Numbered from the stretch's first letter, positions 41,304 through 49,277 are shown. The stretch: 60,168 nucleotides of DNA from Actinomycetes bacterium (GCA_021823165.1 JAKAOS010000002.1:1-60168); one strand, 5' to 3'. Translations and numbers: made by a program. Notes: generated by a model from the letters alone, not told the origin.

Positions 41304-42097
41304 CTGGGGTCCGTGATGACCCCTGTAGAGACCAGTCGCACATACAAGTCGGTGAAGCCGACCCAACCGAGACTCGTCCAGCCGAACAGGCCATGGTGGC
41401 GGTTGAGGACGCTCGAGCCCTTCCAGAGCCTGTAGCGGATCCGGTGGGCGGAGAGCAGCTTCAACCTCCCGCCCACCAGGTGCCGGCAGGAGTGGCATCC
41501 CAGGGTGTAGGACCAAAGCAAAACGGCGTCTGTGAGCATTATCAAAGAGCCCAGGCCTATGCCGAAGTGTCCCGAGAAGTCGAAGGCTGCCACAGCGTCC
41601 CAGCTGTCCACGATGGCCAGGGCGAAGGCCAGATAGAAGAAGTAGCGGTGGACGTTGTTGAGGATCAGCGGCAAGCGGGATTCACCGCTGTAGCGGGGCC
41701 TGGCATCCGCGACGGCACATGCCGGGGGAGAAAGCCAAAAGGACCGGTAGTAGACGCGGCGAAAGTAGTAGCAGCTGGTGCGAAATCCCAAAGGGATCCA
41801 CACCACGGCCAGGGCGGGCGAAACCTTCCACCAGGAGCCGACCAAAGGGGCGGTCTGGTAGGTGCAGTTTGCACTGACGCAGGGGGAGTAGAAGGGGGAG
41901 AGGTAGGGAGCCGCGTAGTAATGGGAGTTTTGGAACGTGGCCCATGTGGCGTAGAGGATGAAGGCGAAGAGCCCCATTGCCATTGTGGCCGGCCTCAGCC
42001 ACCAGCGGTCCTTCCTGAGCGTCGAGACCGGTGGGCCTCCCCTTGTGCCGCCCAAGCGGACCGGAGTCGCCTTGTCGCCTGTCCCGGTGAGGCTCAC
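41288..42097 (-). CDS. sdhC: Succinate dehydrogenase / fumarate reductase membrane (cytochrome b-type) subunit of a three-subunit Sdh
   Basis: Multi-TM protein with conserved His residues (NVHRYFFY, GCHSCRHL, LNRHHGLFGW) directly upstream of sdhA-sdhB. GTG 42097 follows a purine-rich GGGAAGGGAAGGG. The track ORF runs to 42274, which would add an Arg-rich extension. Confidence 0.7.
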   Translation of the reverse strand: MSLTGTGDKATPVRLGGTRGGPPVSTLRKDRWWLRPATMAMGLFAFILYATWATFQNSHYYAAPYLSPFYSPCVSANCTYQTAPLVGSWWKVSPALAVVWIPLGFRTSCYYFRRVYYRSFWLSPPACAVADARPRYSGESRLPLILNNVHRYFFYLAFALAIVDSWDAVAAFDFSGHFGIGLGSLIMLTDAVLLWSYTLGCHSCRHLVGGRLKLLSAHRIRYRLWKGSSVLNRHHGLFGWTSLGWVGFTDLYVRLVSTGVITDPRWVLH

Positions 42098-42285
42098 CCC
42101 AACCCTTCCCTTCCCTGGCTCCCTACGACGCCGACCAGCCGGCCGCCGCTCCTGCCAGAGCGCTTCCGAATCTGCATCGTAGGAAGCTACAGACCGTCGG
42201 CCACAGCGAATCCTAGGGGACCGTGGTGGCTCAGCGGAGCGAATGGAATAACCCAGGTCCCATCTCGGGTGCAAGGCGTTGGATC

Positions 42286-43461
42286 TCAGGTGGTGTAATC
42301 GGCATTGATCCTCACATACCCCTCTCCGAGATCACAGCCGTAGACGGTGGACTGGCCCTGGGCTATGCCCAGGTCGGCCCAGATTTTTACCTCGGGAGAT
42401 TGGAGGTGTGATGCTGCGGCTTGGAGGATCCCGGGATCCGATGCCTGGGGATAAAGGGTGAGGTCCCCAAAGCCGATCCTCACTCGGCCCGGTTCGATCG
42501 AGGTCTCCTCCCAGCACTTCCCAATGGCCATGGCGACCCGTCCCCAGTTGGGATCCGCCCCGTGAACGGCCGTCTTGACCAGGGGGGAGCGGGCTATGGT
42601 CTTGGCGACCCGCCTGGCCTGTGCATCGTCAGACGCTCCGGTGACGGTGACCGCGATGAGCTTGGTCGCTCCCTCGCCGTCACGTGCGATTGCCCGTGCC
42701 AGCTCGACGGCACTCCAGCGCAGCGCCTCGGCGAACTCGGCGTATTTGACCGGGCCGGCTAAGCCATTTGCCAAAATCGCAGCGGTGTCGCTCGTGGAGG
42801 TGTCACCGTCGATGGTCAGGCTGTTGAAGCTGGCCTCCACTGCCGTGGAAAAGGCCGACCCGAGCTGCTCCCGGCTGATCTGCGCGTCGGTGAAGAAAAA
42901 GGCAAGCATGGTGGCCATGTCGGGTTCGACCATCCCGACGCCCTTGGCGACCGCGCTGAGGGTCGCATCGCCGATGCGGACCGAAACGGCCTTGGGGACC
43001 GTGTCGGTAGTCATCATCGCCTCCGCCACACCCAGCAGGTTGGCGGGCTGATCGAAGAGCCGTTGCCCAAGACCTTTACGGATGGCATCCATGGGATAGG
43101 GGCGGCCAATCACCCCGGTCGACGCCGTAAGGATCTCGGCATCCTCCGCTCCAAGCAGGCCCGCCAGGCTCTGGCGGACTTCTGTGGCGTTCTCCAGGCC
43201 CACAGGCCCATTGGCCACGTTCGCGTTGCCCGATATCACGCTCACGGCCCTCGTCTTGGCCGACGCCTCCCTGGACTGGCGGGCAAGAAGGACCGAGGGT
43301 CCGGCAAACAACGAGCGCGTGAGCATGATCGCGGAGTTGCAGGGGACCGCCGATGTGACCAGAGCGAAGTCCGGTGAGCCGTCTTTGACCCCCAGGTTGG
43401 CCGCATATGCGGAAAATCCCTCCGGCATCGCCAAATGCATGGGGTCGCTCATCGGATTCAC
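42286..43461 (-). CDS. argJ: Bifunctional glutamate N-acetyltransferase / amino-acid acetyltransferase ArgJ
   Basis: GFSAYAANLGVKD..., the autoprocessing site PDMATMLAFFFTDA, and C-terminal GYVRINADYTT. Confidence 0.92.
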   Translation of the reverse strand: MNPMSDPMHLAMPEGFSAYAANLGVKDGSPDFALVTSAVPCNSAIMLTRSLFAGPSVLLARQSREASAKTRAVSVISGNANVANGPVGLENATEVRQSLAGLLGAEDAEILTASTGVIGRPYPMDAIRKGLGQRLFDQPANLLGVAEAMMTTDTVPKAVSVRIGDATLSAVAKGVGMVEPDMATMLAFFFTDAQISREQLGSAFSTAVEASFNSLTIDGDTSTSDTAAILANGLAGPVKYAEFAEALRWSAVELARAIARDGEGATKLIAVTVTGASDDAQARRVAKTIARSPLVKTAVHGADPNWGRVAMAIGKCWEETSIEPGRVRIGFGDLTLYPQASDPGILQAAASHLQSPEVKIWADLGIAQGQSTVYGCDLGEGYVRINADYTT

Positions 43462-43550
43462 GAGCCCATCATGTCAGCTTCGCCAACTTCGACCGGCATT
43501 CGCGCGGTGAGAGGCGGTTGCACCACACAGTGAACGGTAATAATCTGACT

Positions 43551-43564
43551 GATGTAACTACATC
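43551..43564. promoter_or_regulatory. Perfect palindrome GATGTA-AC-TACATC in the divergent argJ / whiB intergenic region (candidate operator)
   Basis: Read directly at 43551-43564. It is embedded in the only AT-rich patch (gtgaacggtaataatctgactgatgtaactacatc) of the 133-nt intergenic region. Confidence 0.35.
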
Positions 43565-43594
43565 GTTGCCACGCCTAGTGAGGGGAGCTGGCCG

Positions 43595-43888
43595 ATGACC
43601 GTTCTGGAGGCCGTCGGACGACGGATCGAGGCCATGCCCTGGTGGGACAGGGCAAGCTGTTCCGGAGTCGATCCGGACGTATTTTTCCCACAGCGGGGAG
43701 TGTCCACGCGTCCTGCCAAAGAGCTCTGCAAGTGCTGCGAGGTCCGGTCCCAGTGCCTGGAGTATGCGCTTCAGACCGGGGAGCGCTTCGGGATCTGGGG
43801 AGGGCTGTCCGAGCGGGAGCGCCGCAATGTGCGCAAGGCCAGAGCCCTGGCCTCCGCCGCCTACTCCTCCCAGCGGGTATCTGCCTGA
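43595..43888 (+). CDS. WhiB-family transcriptional regulator (Fe-S)
   Basis: ASC...LCKCCEVRSQC (C-Xn-C-X2-C-X5-C), FGIWGGLSERERR turn, basic tail. An internal Met at 43634 (MPWWDRASC) is an alternative start. Confidence 0.88.
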   Translation: MTVLEAVGRRIEAMPWWDRASCSGVDPDVFFPQRGVSTRPAKELCKCCEVRSQCLEYALQTGERFGIWGGLSERERRNVRKARALASAAYSSQRVSA

Positions 43889-44688
43889 TCCGTCGGCCGA
43901 AGCAGCCCAAGGCGGGCCTCGATCGTCTTTTGGGCACAAAGCCCCAGCCTGGCCCAGCGCCACGCCGGTTCGGAATCGAGTAACCATTGTGGGATGAGTC
44001 CCACCAGTTCGGCTCTTTCTATGACGGCCCTGGAGGCAACCTCGTCGTAGACGCGGCCGGGTCCCACCGCCGCGGGGTCCAAGAGGTTCATTGACACCTG
44101 AGCCCTGCCGTCCAGGTCGAAGCCCAGCGCCGCCACGGCCGGCCCCCGGATCTCCTTTGCGATCGAGCGCGCTTGGCTGAGAGATGCCGTTTCCAGCCAC
44201 AGGTTGTAGGCGACGAGGATCCCCCGGGCGCCAACCGCACAACCGCCTGCGCTGGGATGGGCTTGGGCGGGTCCGCACTGGGGTGCAAGGTTCCCAAAGG
44301 CTTCCCTGCGAAGGGCGGGAAGTGATCGCTCGGGGCCGTAGGTGAAACACGGTAGGGCGAGTTCGGATCCTGCCCAGCGGCAAAAGCGGTTGCGTGCCTC
44401 GATCGCTTCGGACATCGGGGTGTCCCCGAGAGGAATAAATGGGACTACGTCCAAGACTCCGATTCTGGGATGGGCTCCCCGGTGGACCCTGATGTCGAGG
44501 CTGGCCAGCACCCTGCGAGCGAGCCTGCGAACGCAGGACTCGACCTCCAACCCTGCAAGGGTGAACACGGAGCGATTGTGGGCGCCATCGCTGTGGACAT
44601 CGAGCAGACAGTCCTGGCAGGACTGGGCGAAGCTGTCGATGAGAGTCTGGTAGCGTCCCTCGCTCACGTTGACCACGCATTCGAGCAT
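43861..44688 (-). CDS. Glutamate formimidoyltransferase-like protein (FtcD N-terminal domain family)
   Basis: ATG 44688 gives MLECVVNVSEGRYQTLIDSF...DGAHNRSVFTLAG...HPRIGVLDVVPFIPL, a formiminotransferase signature. It overlaps the whiB 3' end by 28 nt (convergent). Confidence 0.8.
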   Translation of the reverse strand: MLECVVNVSEGRYQTLIDSFAQSCQDCLLDVHSDGAHNRSVFTLAGLEVESCVRRLARRVLASLDIRVHRGAHPRIGVLDVVPFIPLGDTPMSEAIEARNRFCRWAGSELALPCFTYGPERSLPALRREAFGNLAPQCGPAQAHPSAGGCAVGARGILVAYNLWLETASLSQARSIAKEIRGPAVAALGFDLDGRAQVSMNLLDPAAVGPGRVYDEVASRAVIERAELVGLIPQWLLDSEPAWRWARLGLCAQKTIEARLGLLRPTDQADTRWEE

Positions 44689-44728
44689 CGAGGCACCGTA
44701 GCCGGAGACCCGGGCCGGCAACGGCTCG

Positions 44729-44977
44729 TTAGTCCAACAGGCTGGACTCGGCCGCTATGCGCCTCCGCCGCAGGATGCGACGGCGCTCGCGTTCGGATGC
44801 CCCGCCCCATACGCCGTGGTCGATCCGGTGGTAGAGGGCGTACTCCAGGCATTCGAGCTTCACGGGGCATTCGGCGCAGATCTTCCGGGCGACATCCACC
44901 CCCACGCCGTCACTGGGGAAAAAGAGCGCAGGAGGCAAGTCCTTGCATTTTCCTTCTTGCATCCAATCCGAAGCCAT
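44729..44977 (-). CDS. WhiB-family transcriptional regulator (WhiB1-like)
   Basis: GKCKDLPPALFFP...ICAECPVKLEC...HGVWGGASERERRRILRRRR. Confidence 0.9.
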   Translation of the reverse strand: MASDWMQEGKCKDLPPALFFPSDGVGVDVARKICAECPVKLECLEYALYHRIDHGVWGGASERERRRILRRRRIAAESSLLD

Positions 44978-45052
44978 GGCGCCTCCACGTCTGGTCAGGG
45001 GTGCTGCAACATCTCTCTATTGCTCTTCCCCCCGGCGACTGGTAGTCAATCA

Positions 45053-45070
45053 TGACACGGGGAAGTGTCA
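45053..45070. promoter_or_regulatory. Perfect 18-bp palindrome TGACAC-GGGGAA-GTGTCA between the WhiB1-like gene and a divergent small ORF (candidate operator)
   Basis: Read directly at 45053-45070, 76 nt upstream of the whiB start and 59 nt upstream of the TTG 45129 ORF. Confidence 0.4.
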
Positions 45071-45128
45071 CACCGAGGTATTTCCCGTTAGGGTCTTATG
45101 AAGGCAACCCGCCAAAACGGGAGGATTC

Positions 45129-45413
45129 TTGTCGCAGCTATCCGATGTCCAGAGGACCGAAGAGCCACCGCGTGGCCATGTTCGGGTCGTCTACACCGGC
45201 CCCGTGGCCCCTCATTGGGACATTCAGGGCCTTGCGGGCGAACGGAGCCTCCTGGAGGACTTTCGCCAGCGGGCAATGGCTCGGCTCGTTTTGCTCCCGC
45301 CGCATGACCCTCAGTTCAGGCGCAACCGCGAGCGCGTGACCAGGGACGCTGAGCGAGAGTTCATCTTCTTGGAGTGGGACCTTGGGATGCCGGAAAACGC
45401 CGAGGGCGCCTAG
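45129..45413 (+). CDS. Hypothetical protein (94 aa)
   Basis: TTG 45129 is preceded by GGGAGGA (45118-45124). The composition is coding-like (HVRVVYTGPVAPHWDIQGLAGERSLLEDFRQRAM...). I recognise no family. Confidence 0.5.
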   Translation: MSQLSDVQRTEEPPRGHVRVVYTGPVAPHWDIQGLAGERSLLEDFRQRAMARLVLLPPHDPQFRRNRERVTRDAEREFIFLEWDLGMPENAEGA

Positions 45414-45943
45414 GACCGCTTGGCGATGGCACCGAGCCGGCTGAGCAGCCCGCTTGTGGGCGATCCGGTCTCCCTGGAGGACCCGGCGCCTCCCACCGAA
45501 AGCATCCCCCTGCCCTCTCGCCTCTTTTTGGGCAGGATGTCGTCGTCTCCCCGCCTCCAGACCTGTTGCACAGCGGGGCCGATCTGTTCGGTCACATCCC
45601 CGACCCGCATCTCCATCACCGCCGTGTCGTCCGCGGAGGTCGCCACCGGCTCTCGCCGGTGTTTCGGCTCGCCTGCCGCCTGGTTGTGGGCGGCATCTGG
45701 GAGTCCCGGGGTGGCCCAGTGGGCAAAGGCCTTGTCCAACTCGTCGTCCCGCGCCCAGTTCGGAAGTGATTGGCCTGGGTCGGCCCGGTGTTCGGCTTCG
45801 GCTTCGACCTTGTTCTGGTCCTTCGCCTCGTCCTCTACGCCGGCCTGGCGACCGACATCCTCTTTAGCAGCCTCTTTGGTCTCCTTCTTCCCGGCAAGCT
45901 TGGTGCCGTAGAGATCATCGAGGAGTTTCCCCAAGTCAGCCAT
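45410..45943 (-). CDS. Hypothetical charged/acidic protein (177 aa) with C-terminal WRRGDDDILP motif
   Basis: MADLGKLLDDLYGTKLAGKKETKEAAKED...VWRRGDDDILPKKRREG.... The three overlapping plus-strand ORFs are Ser/Pro/Arg-rich off-frame artefacts. Confidence 0.55.
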   Translation of the reverse strand: MADLGKLLDDLYGTKLAGKKETKEAAKEDVGRQAGVEDEAKDQNKVEAEAEHRADPGQSLPNWARDDELDKAFAHWATPGLPDAAHNQAAGEPKHRREPVATSADDTAVMEMRVGDVTEQIGPAVQQVWRRGDDDILPKKRREGRGMLSVGGAGSSRETGSPTSGLLSRLGAIAKRS

Positions 45944-46049
45944 GCCCTATAGTTCGGCACTGGCCGTTGGAAACTTGAGCGCCTGGCCCACAAACAACCC
46001 CAGCCGACCGCTTGGGCGAAGCCCAGCGGGTTTGCTGGCTGGGTTCGGA

Positions 46050-47222
46050 TTAGCGGCCCTCCCAGCTGAGCCGCTCGAGCCACAGCCCGGGGGCATCCAC
46101 CTCGGCAGGCGTGGGAAGAGACGACTCCGAGCGCCACAGGGCGGATAGGCCTTCTTCCCCGGCGCGTTCTATGACGCCCGCCACAAAGGCGGCGCCGCGG
46201 TCGAATTGCTCCTGGCCGAGTTGTAGGCCAAAGAGTTGTTCAACGAAGGCTTCCCCGTTCTCGCGCTCGAGGCGTTGACGGCGCAAGGCCTCATGAAGGG
46301 GGCCAAACTGACCGATTAGGCGTCGGCCCACGTTCTCGGTGACGTGGTCGACAAAACCTTCGATTGCCGCCACCACCGCCTCCAGCTTGACCCTGTTATC
46401 GGTCTGTACTTGGCTTTCCTGCTCCCTTTCCAGGCCGGCAGGGTCGGCAAGTGCTTCTTGGAGGGCGGCGAAGTCTGTTGGATCCACCCCGGAGAGGCGC
46501 TCTTCGATGCCCGACGCATCGACCCGGAAGGCACCCACGTAGGCACCAAGCAAATCGAGCATCCGGCTGCGTACCGCTGGCAGGCGTAGGACGGCGTGGA
46601 GGGTTATCTGGTTGACACAGACCCATAGGCGGACGTCGTCGGTGACGAGGGACCAGTTTTCTGCAAAGGCAGAGATGTTGGCCGGCACGATGTCGATCCG
46701 GCCGGTGTCGCGGGGGATGGGGAAGTCGTACTGGCCCATGACCCGGCGGGAAAGGTGCCCTATTGCGGATCCGAGTTGAAGGCCCAGCATGGCCGGCCCC
46801 ATGATTTTTCCCAGCGAGCCGATCAGGCTGGCAAGACCCTCCGCCTGGTCCTGGCCGGCATCGAGGATCGGCGTCTTGCCGAGCATGTCGGCCAAAGGGT
46901 CCAATAGAGGTTGCCACGCGGCCAGCGTTTCTCCGGCCCAGGCCGCCCGGCCCAGCGGGCGCAGCGACACGCTTCCGCCACCGCTGGAGGTGTCGAGTCC
47001 CGTGGCCTCGCGCACATGCATTTCGGCAATGCGCCCCAGTTCCTCGAAGCGGATCCGTTCGACGGGATCGACGTTCGGCTCGGCCTCGCCCTCAGTGGCT
47101 ACGGCGACGGCCAGCTGGCGTGCCAGCTCCCAGTGCATCGGGCCGGTCTTGTTGAACATGCGGACGAGATCCCCGAGCATGTTTTCAAAGGGGTTCCCGC
47201 TTGCCGGCGGAGGATCGCTCAC
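46050..47222 (-). CDS. Zincin-like (DUF2342 / putative zinc metalloprotease family) protein lacking an HExxH motif
   Basis: GTG 47222. GNPFENMLGDLVRMFNKTGPMHWELARQLA... is the family-typical N-terminus. It lies within track ORF 46050..47315. Confidence 0.7.
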   Translation of the reverse strand: MSDPPPASGNPFENMLGDLVRMFNKTGPMHWELARQLAVAVATEGEAEPNVDPVERIRFEELGRIAEMHVREATGLDTSSGGGSVSLRPLGRAAWAGETLAAWQPLLDPLADMLGKTPILDAGQDQAEGLASLIGSLGKIMGPAMLGLQLGSAIGHLSRRVMGQYDFPIPRDTGRIDIVPANISAFAENWSLVTDDVRLWVCVNQITLHAVLRLPAVRSRMLDLLGAYVGAFRVDASGIEERLSGVDPTDFAALQEALADPAGLEREQESQVQTDNRVKLEAVVAAIEGFVDHVTENVGRRLIGQFGPLHEALRRQRLERENGEAFVEQLFGLQLGQEQFDRGAAFVAGVIERAGEEGLSALWRSESSLPTPAEVDAPGLWLERLSWEGR

Positions 47223-47265
47223 GCATCCATCGTAGGCCGCGCGGCCCCGGCGCTGCTGCCGGCGA

Positions 47266-48456
47266 TCAGCTGGAGGTGCTGGCGAGCACCGCAGAGAGGG
47301 TGATGGCGCGTTCACTCCGCATCACCGATAGCGCCACCCGGGCCCCGGGGCTCTGGAGCCGTATGGCCTGGCGAAGCTTTGCCATGTCAGGCGTGGGTTG
47401 GCCGTTCACCGCCACTACCACGTCCCCGCTGTGCAGCCCGGCAATGGCGGCTGGGCTGTTGGGCACCACCGAGCTGATGGCCACCCCGGCCCGGTCGGTT
47501 TCGCCGGTGCCTCCGCCCGGTACGCCCTTGCCCGAAACCCCGAGCCATCCATGAGACACCTTCCCGGTTCCAGCCAGCTGTCTGGTATCGGCCATGACCA
47601 GCCGGGCCGGCGCTGCGGCCCCGGGCGAGCCCGGTCCCGAGGCCCCCTTGAGCGCTACGGCCACCACCTGGCCCTGCATGTTGACGAGCATTCCTCCCAG
47701 TGCCGCTCGGGAAAGGGGGATATCGAACTGCACGGTGTCGAGGAGGTCGCCGCTGGTCATCTGGAGCGGCTGGTGAATGGCCTCGATCGGCCCGACCGCT
47801 ATGGGGGGTGCCGATGCCTGGGACCTCGTGGCGACTGTTCCTACTGCTACCACCCACTGCCCCGGCTTCAGTTCTCCCGGGGGGGCAAGTGGAGCGGGGG
47901 AGAGCCCCTTTGCAGCGATGCTCAATAGGGCCAGTCCCACATCGGGATCGATTCCCCGAAGGGTCGCCTTCCAGGTCTTGGTGCCGACCTCAACGGTGAG
48001 GGTCGAGGCCCCCTCGGTGAGCGATGCTGCGGTCATGACGAGGCCATCGGGGCTTACGACCGTCCCGCTGCCGACCCGGTTCCATCCGGGGCCCTGGGCA
48101 CTCACGGTGACCAGGGAGTTGGCGACCCTTGCCGCAGCATGGTGCAGCAGAGTGGCGTCGATTCCCACCGGGGTTGGTGTCCTTGCCGCAGTGTTGCTGG
48201 CGGTGGGCCTGGATCCCAGCAGTGCATGCATGGTGAACAACACGATGGCCGCGACCAGAACCCCACTCAGGGCACCGGCAACCGTGGGCGGTCCGAACCG
48301 CCTCAGGATCCTGACATTGTGCCGCCCAGAGGCTCCCGCTGCATACCGGCCAATTTCCGATGGATGCCGCCAGAGACGGTCGTCGGGGTGGATTGGCGGG
48401 ACGAACGACGGCTCTCCCTCTGGTGGCTCTTCGGAGCTTGGGTCCAAAGTCCCCAC
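47266..48456 (-). CDS. Membrane-anchored HtrA-like (trypsin fold + PDZ) protein with all three catalytic-triad positions substituted
   Basis: N-terminal TM, a trypsin-like core (VGSGTVVSPDGLVMTAASL..., IDPDVGLALLSI, LSRAALGGMLVNMQGQVVAV) and a C-terminal PDZ (GVAISSVVPNSPAAIAGLHSGDVVVAVNGQP). Confidence 0.8.
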   Translation of the reverse strand: MGTLDPSSEEPPEGEPSFVPPIHPDDRLWRHPSEIGRYAAGASGRHNVRILRRFGPPTVAGALSGVLVAAIVLFTMHALLGSRPTASNTAARTPTPVGIDATLLHHAAARVANSLVTVSAQGPGWNRVGSGTVVSPDGLVMTAASLTEGASTLTVEVGTKTWKATLRGIDPDVGLALLSIAAKGLSPAPLAPPGELKPGQWVVAVGTVATRSQASAPPIAVGPIEAIHQPLQMTSGDLLDTVQFDIPLSRAALGGMLVNMQGQVVAVALKGASGPGSPGAAAPARLVMADTRQLAGTGKVSHGWLGVSGKGVPGGGTGETDRAGVAISSVVPNSPAAIAGLHSGDVVVAVNGQPTPDMAKLRQAIRLQSPGARVALSVMRSERAITLSAVLASTSS

Positions 48457-48561
48457 GCCTGAAGGATACCGTTGGCGGCGCTTGGCGGGCCGTCGCCCCT
48501 CGATTGAGGATCACAACTCCCCCAAGCGCGCGCCGAGGCTTGTCGGGTTTAGCATCTTGGC

Positions 48562-49032
48562 GTGGAGGCACCGCAGCAGGGGGAGGATTGGCTGGCAGTT
48601 GCCGGCGACGTGCTGGACGTGGCTCGGGTGGCGGACTGGGTGGTTTTGCCCAGTTGCGGAGCCGTTGTCTGCTTTGTGGGCACCGTCCGGGACCATGCCG
48701 AAGGGCGAGTCGGGGTCGAAGCCATCGACTACGAGGTGTTTGCCGACCAGATGCTTCCCAGGATGGAGGCCGTGGCCGCAGAGGCGCGCAAGCGCTGGAC
48801 CGAACTTGGCCGGGTGGCGATAATCCACCGCCACGGGTTGGTGAAGCTTGGTGAAGCCTCGGTGGTCGTTGCTGTGTCCACGCCGCATCGTGCCCAGGCG
48901 TTTGCTGCCGCGAGCTACTGCATGGAAGAGGTGAAAGCGACCCTGCCCGTCTGGAAGAAGGAGCACTGGCCGGGAGGCGAGGATTGGGCGCTTGCATCCC
49001 GGCCGATATCCGAACCCGGCAGCACTCAATGA
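48562..49032 (+). CDS. moaE: Molybdopterin synthase catalytic subunit MoaE
   Basis: GAVVCFVGTVRDHAEG...HRHGLVKLGEASVVVAVSTPHRAQAF...LPVWKKE. Confidence 0.85.
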   Translation: MEAPQQGEDWLAVAGDVLDVARVADWVVLPSCGAVVCFVGTVRDHAEGRVGVEAIDYEVFADQMLPRMEAVAAEARKRWTELGRVAIIHRHGLVKLGEASVVVAVSTPHRAQAFAAASYCMEEVKATLPVWKKEHWPGGEDWALASRPISEPGSTQ

Positions 49033-49277
49033 GCGCACTTGCATATGTGTTGGTGGCCATCGGCTTTATAACTGCGGCGTCCCTCGTCCTCTACTGGCGC
49101 CAGAGGCGTCCCTCGTCCTTGGAGTATGGGGTGGAGCGCTTCAACGCGGGGCTCCGCCGCCTGGGGGAAAGACAGGAGTTGATGGAGCCCGATGGTGGTT
49201 CATCGACTGGCGAGGGTGCTGCACCTGCCGGCGGTGTTCCGCCGGGGGACACTTTCGAAGGAAGGGGAATCTCCTGA
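49029..49277 (+). CDS. Small single-pass membrane protein (82 aa)
   Basis: ATG 49029 overlaps the moaE stop (ATGA). MSALAYVLVAIGFITAASLVLYWRQRRP is followed by a Gly/Pro-rich tail. Its stop overlaps the next start (TGATG). Confidence 0.5.
   Translation: MSALAYVLVAIGFITAASLVLYWRQRRPSSLEYGVERFNAGLRRLGERQELMEPDGGSSTGEGAAPAGGVPPGDTFEGRGIS

Noticed and set aside
43469-44680. 403-aa minus-strand ORF across whiB and the formimidoyltransferase gene
   Set aside because: It is off-frame relative to the formimidoyltransferase-like gene and antisense to whiB. The Pro/Arg/Gly-rich translation is an artefact.
45053-45070. Calling the whiB-upstream dyad a CRP site
   Set aside because: The geometry fits, but the half-sites are TGACAC/GTGTCA rather than the TGTGA/TCACA consensus. 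It is reported as an unassigned operator instead.
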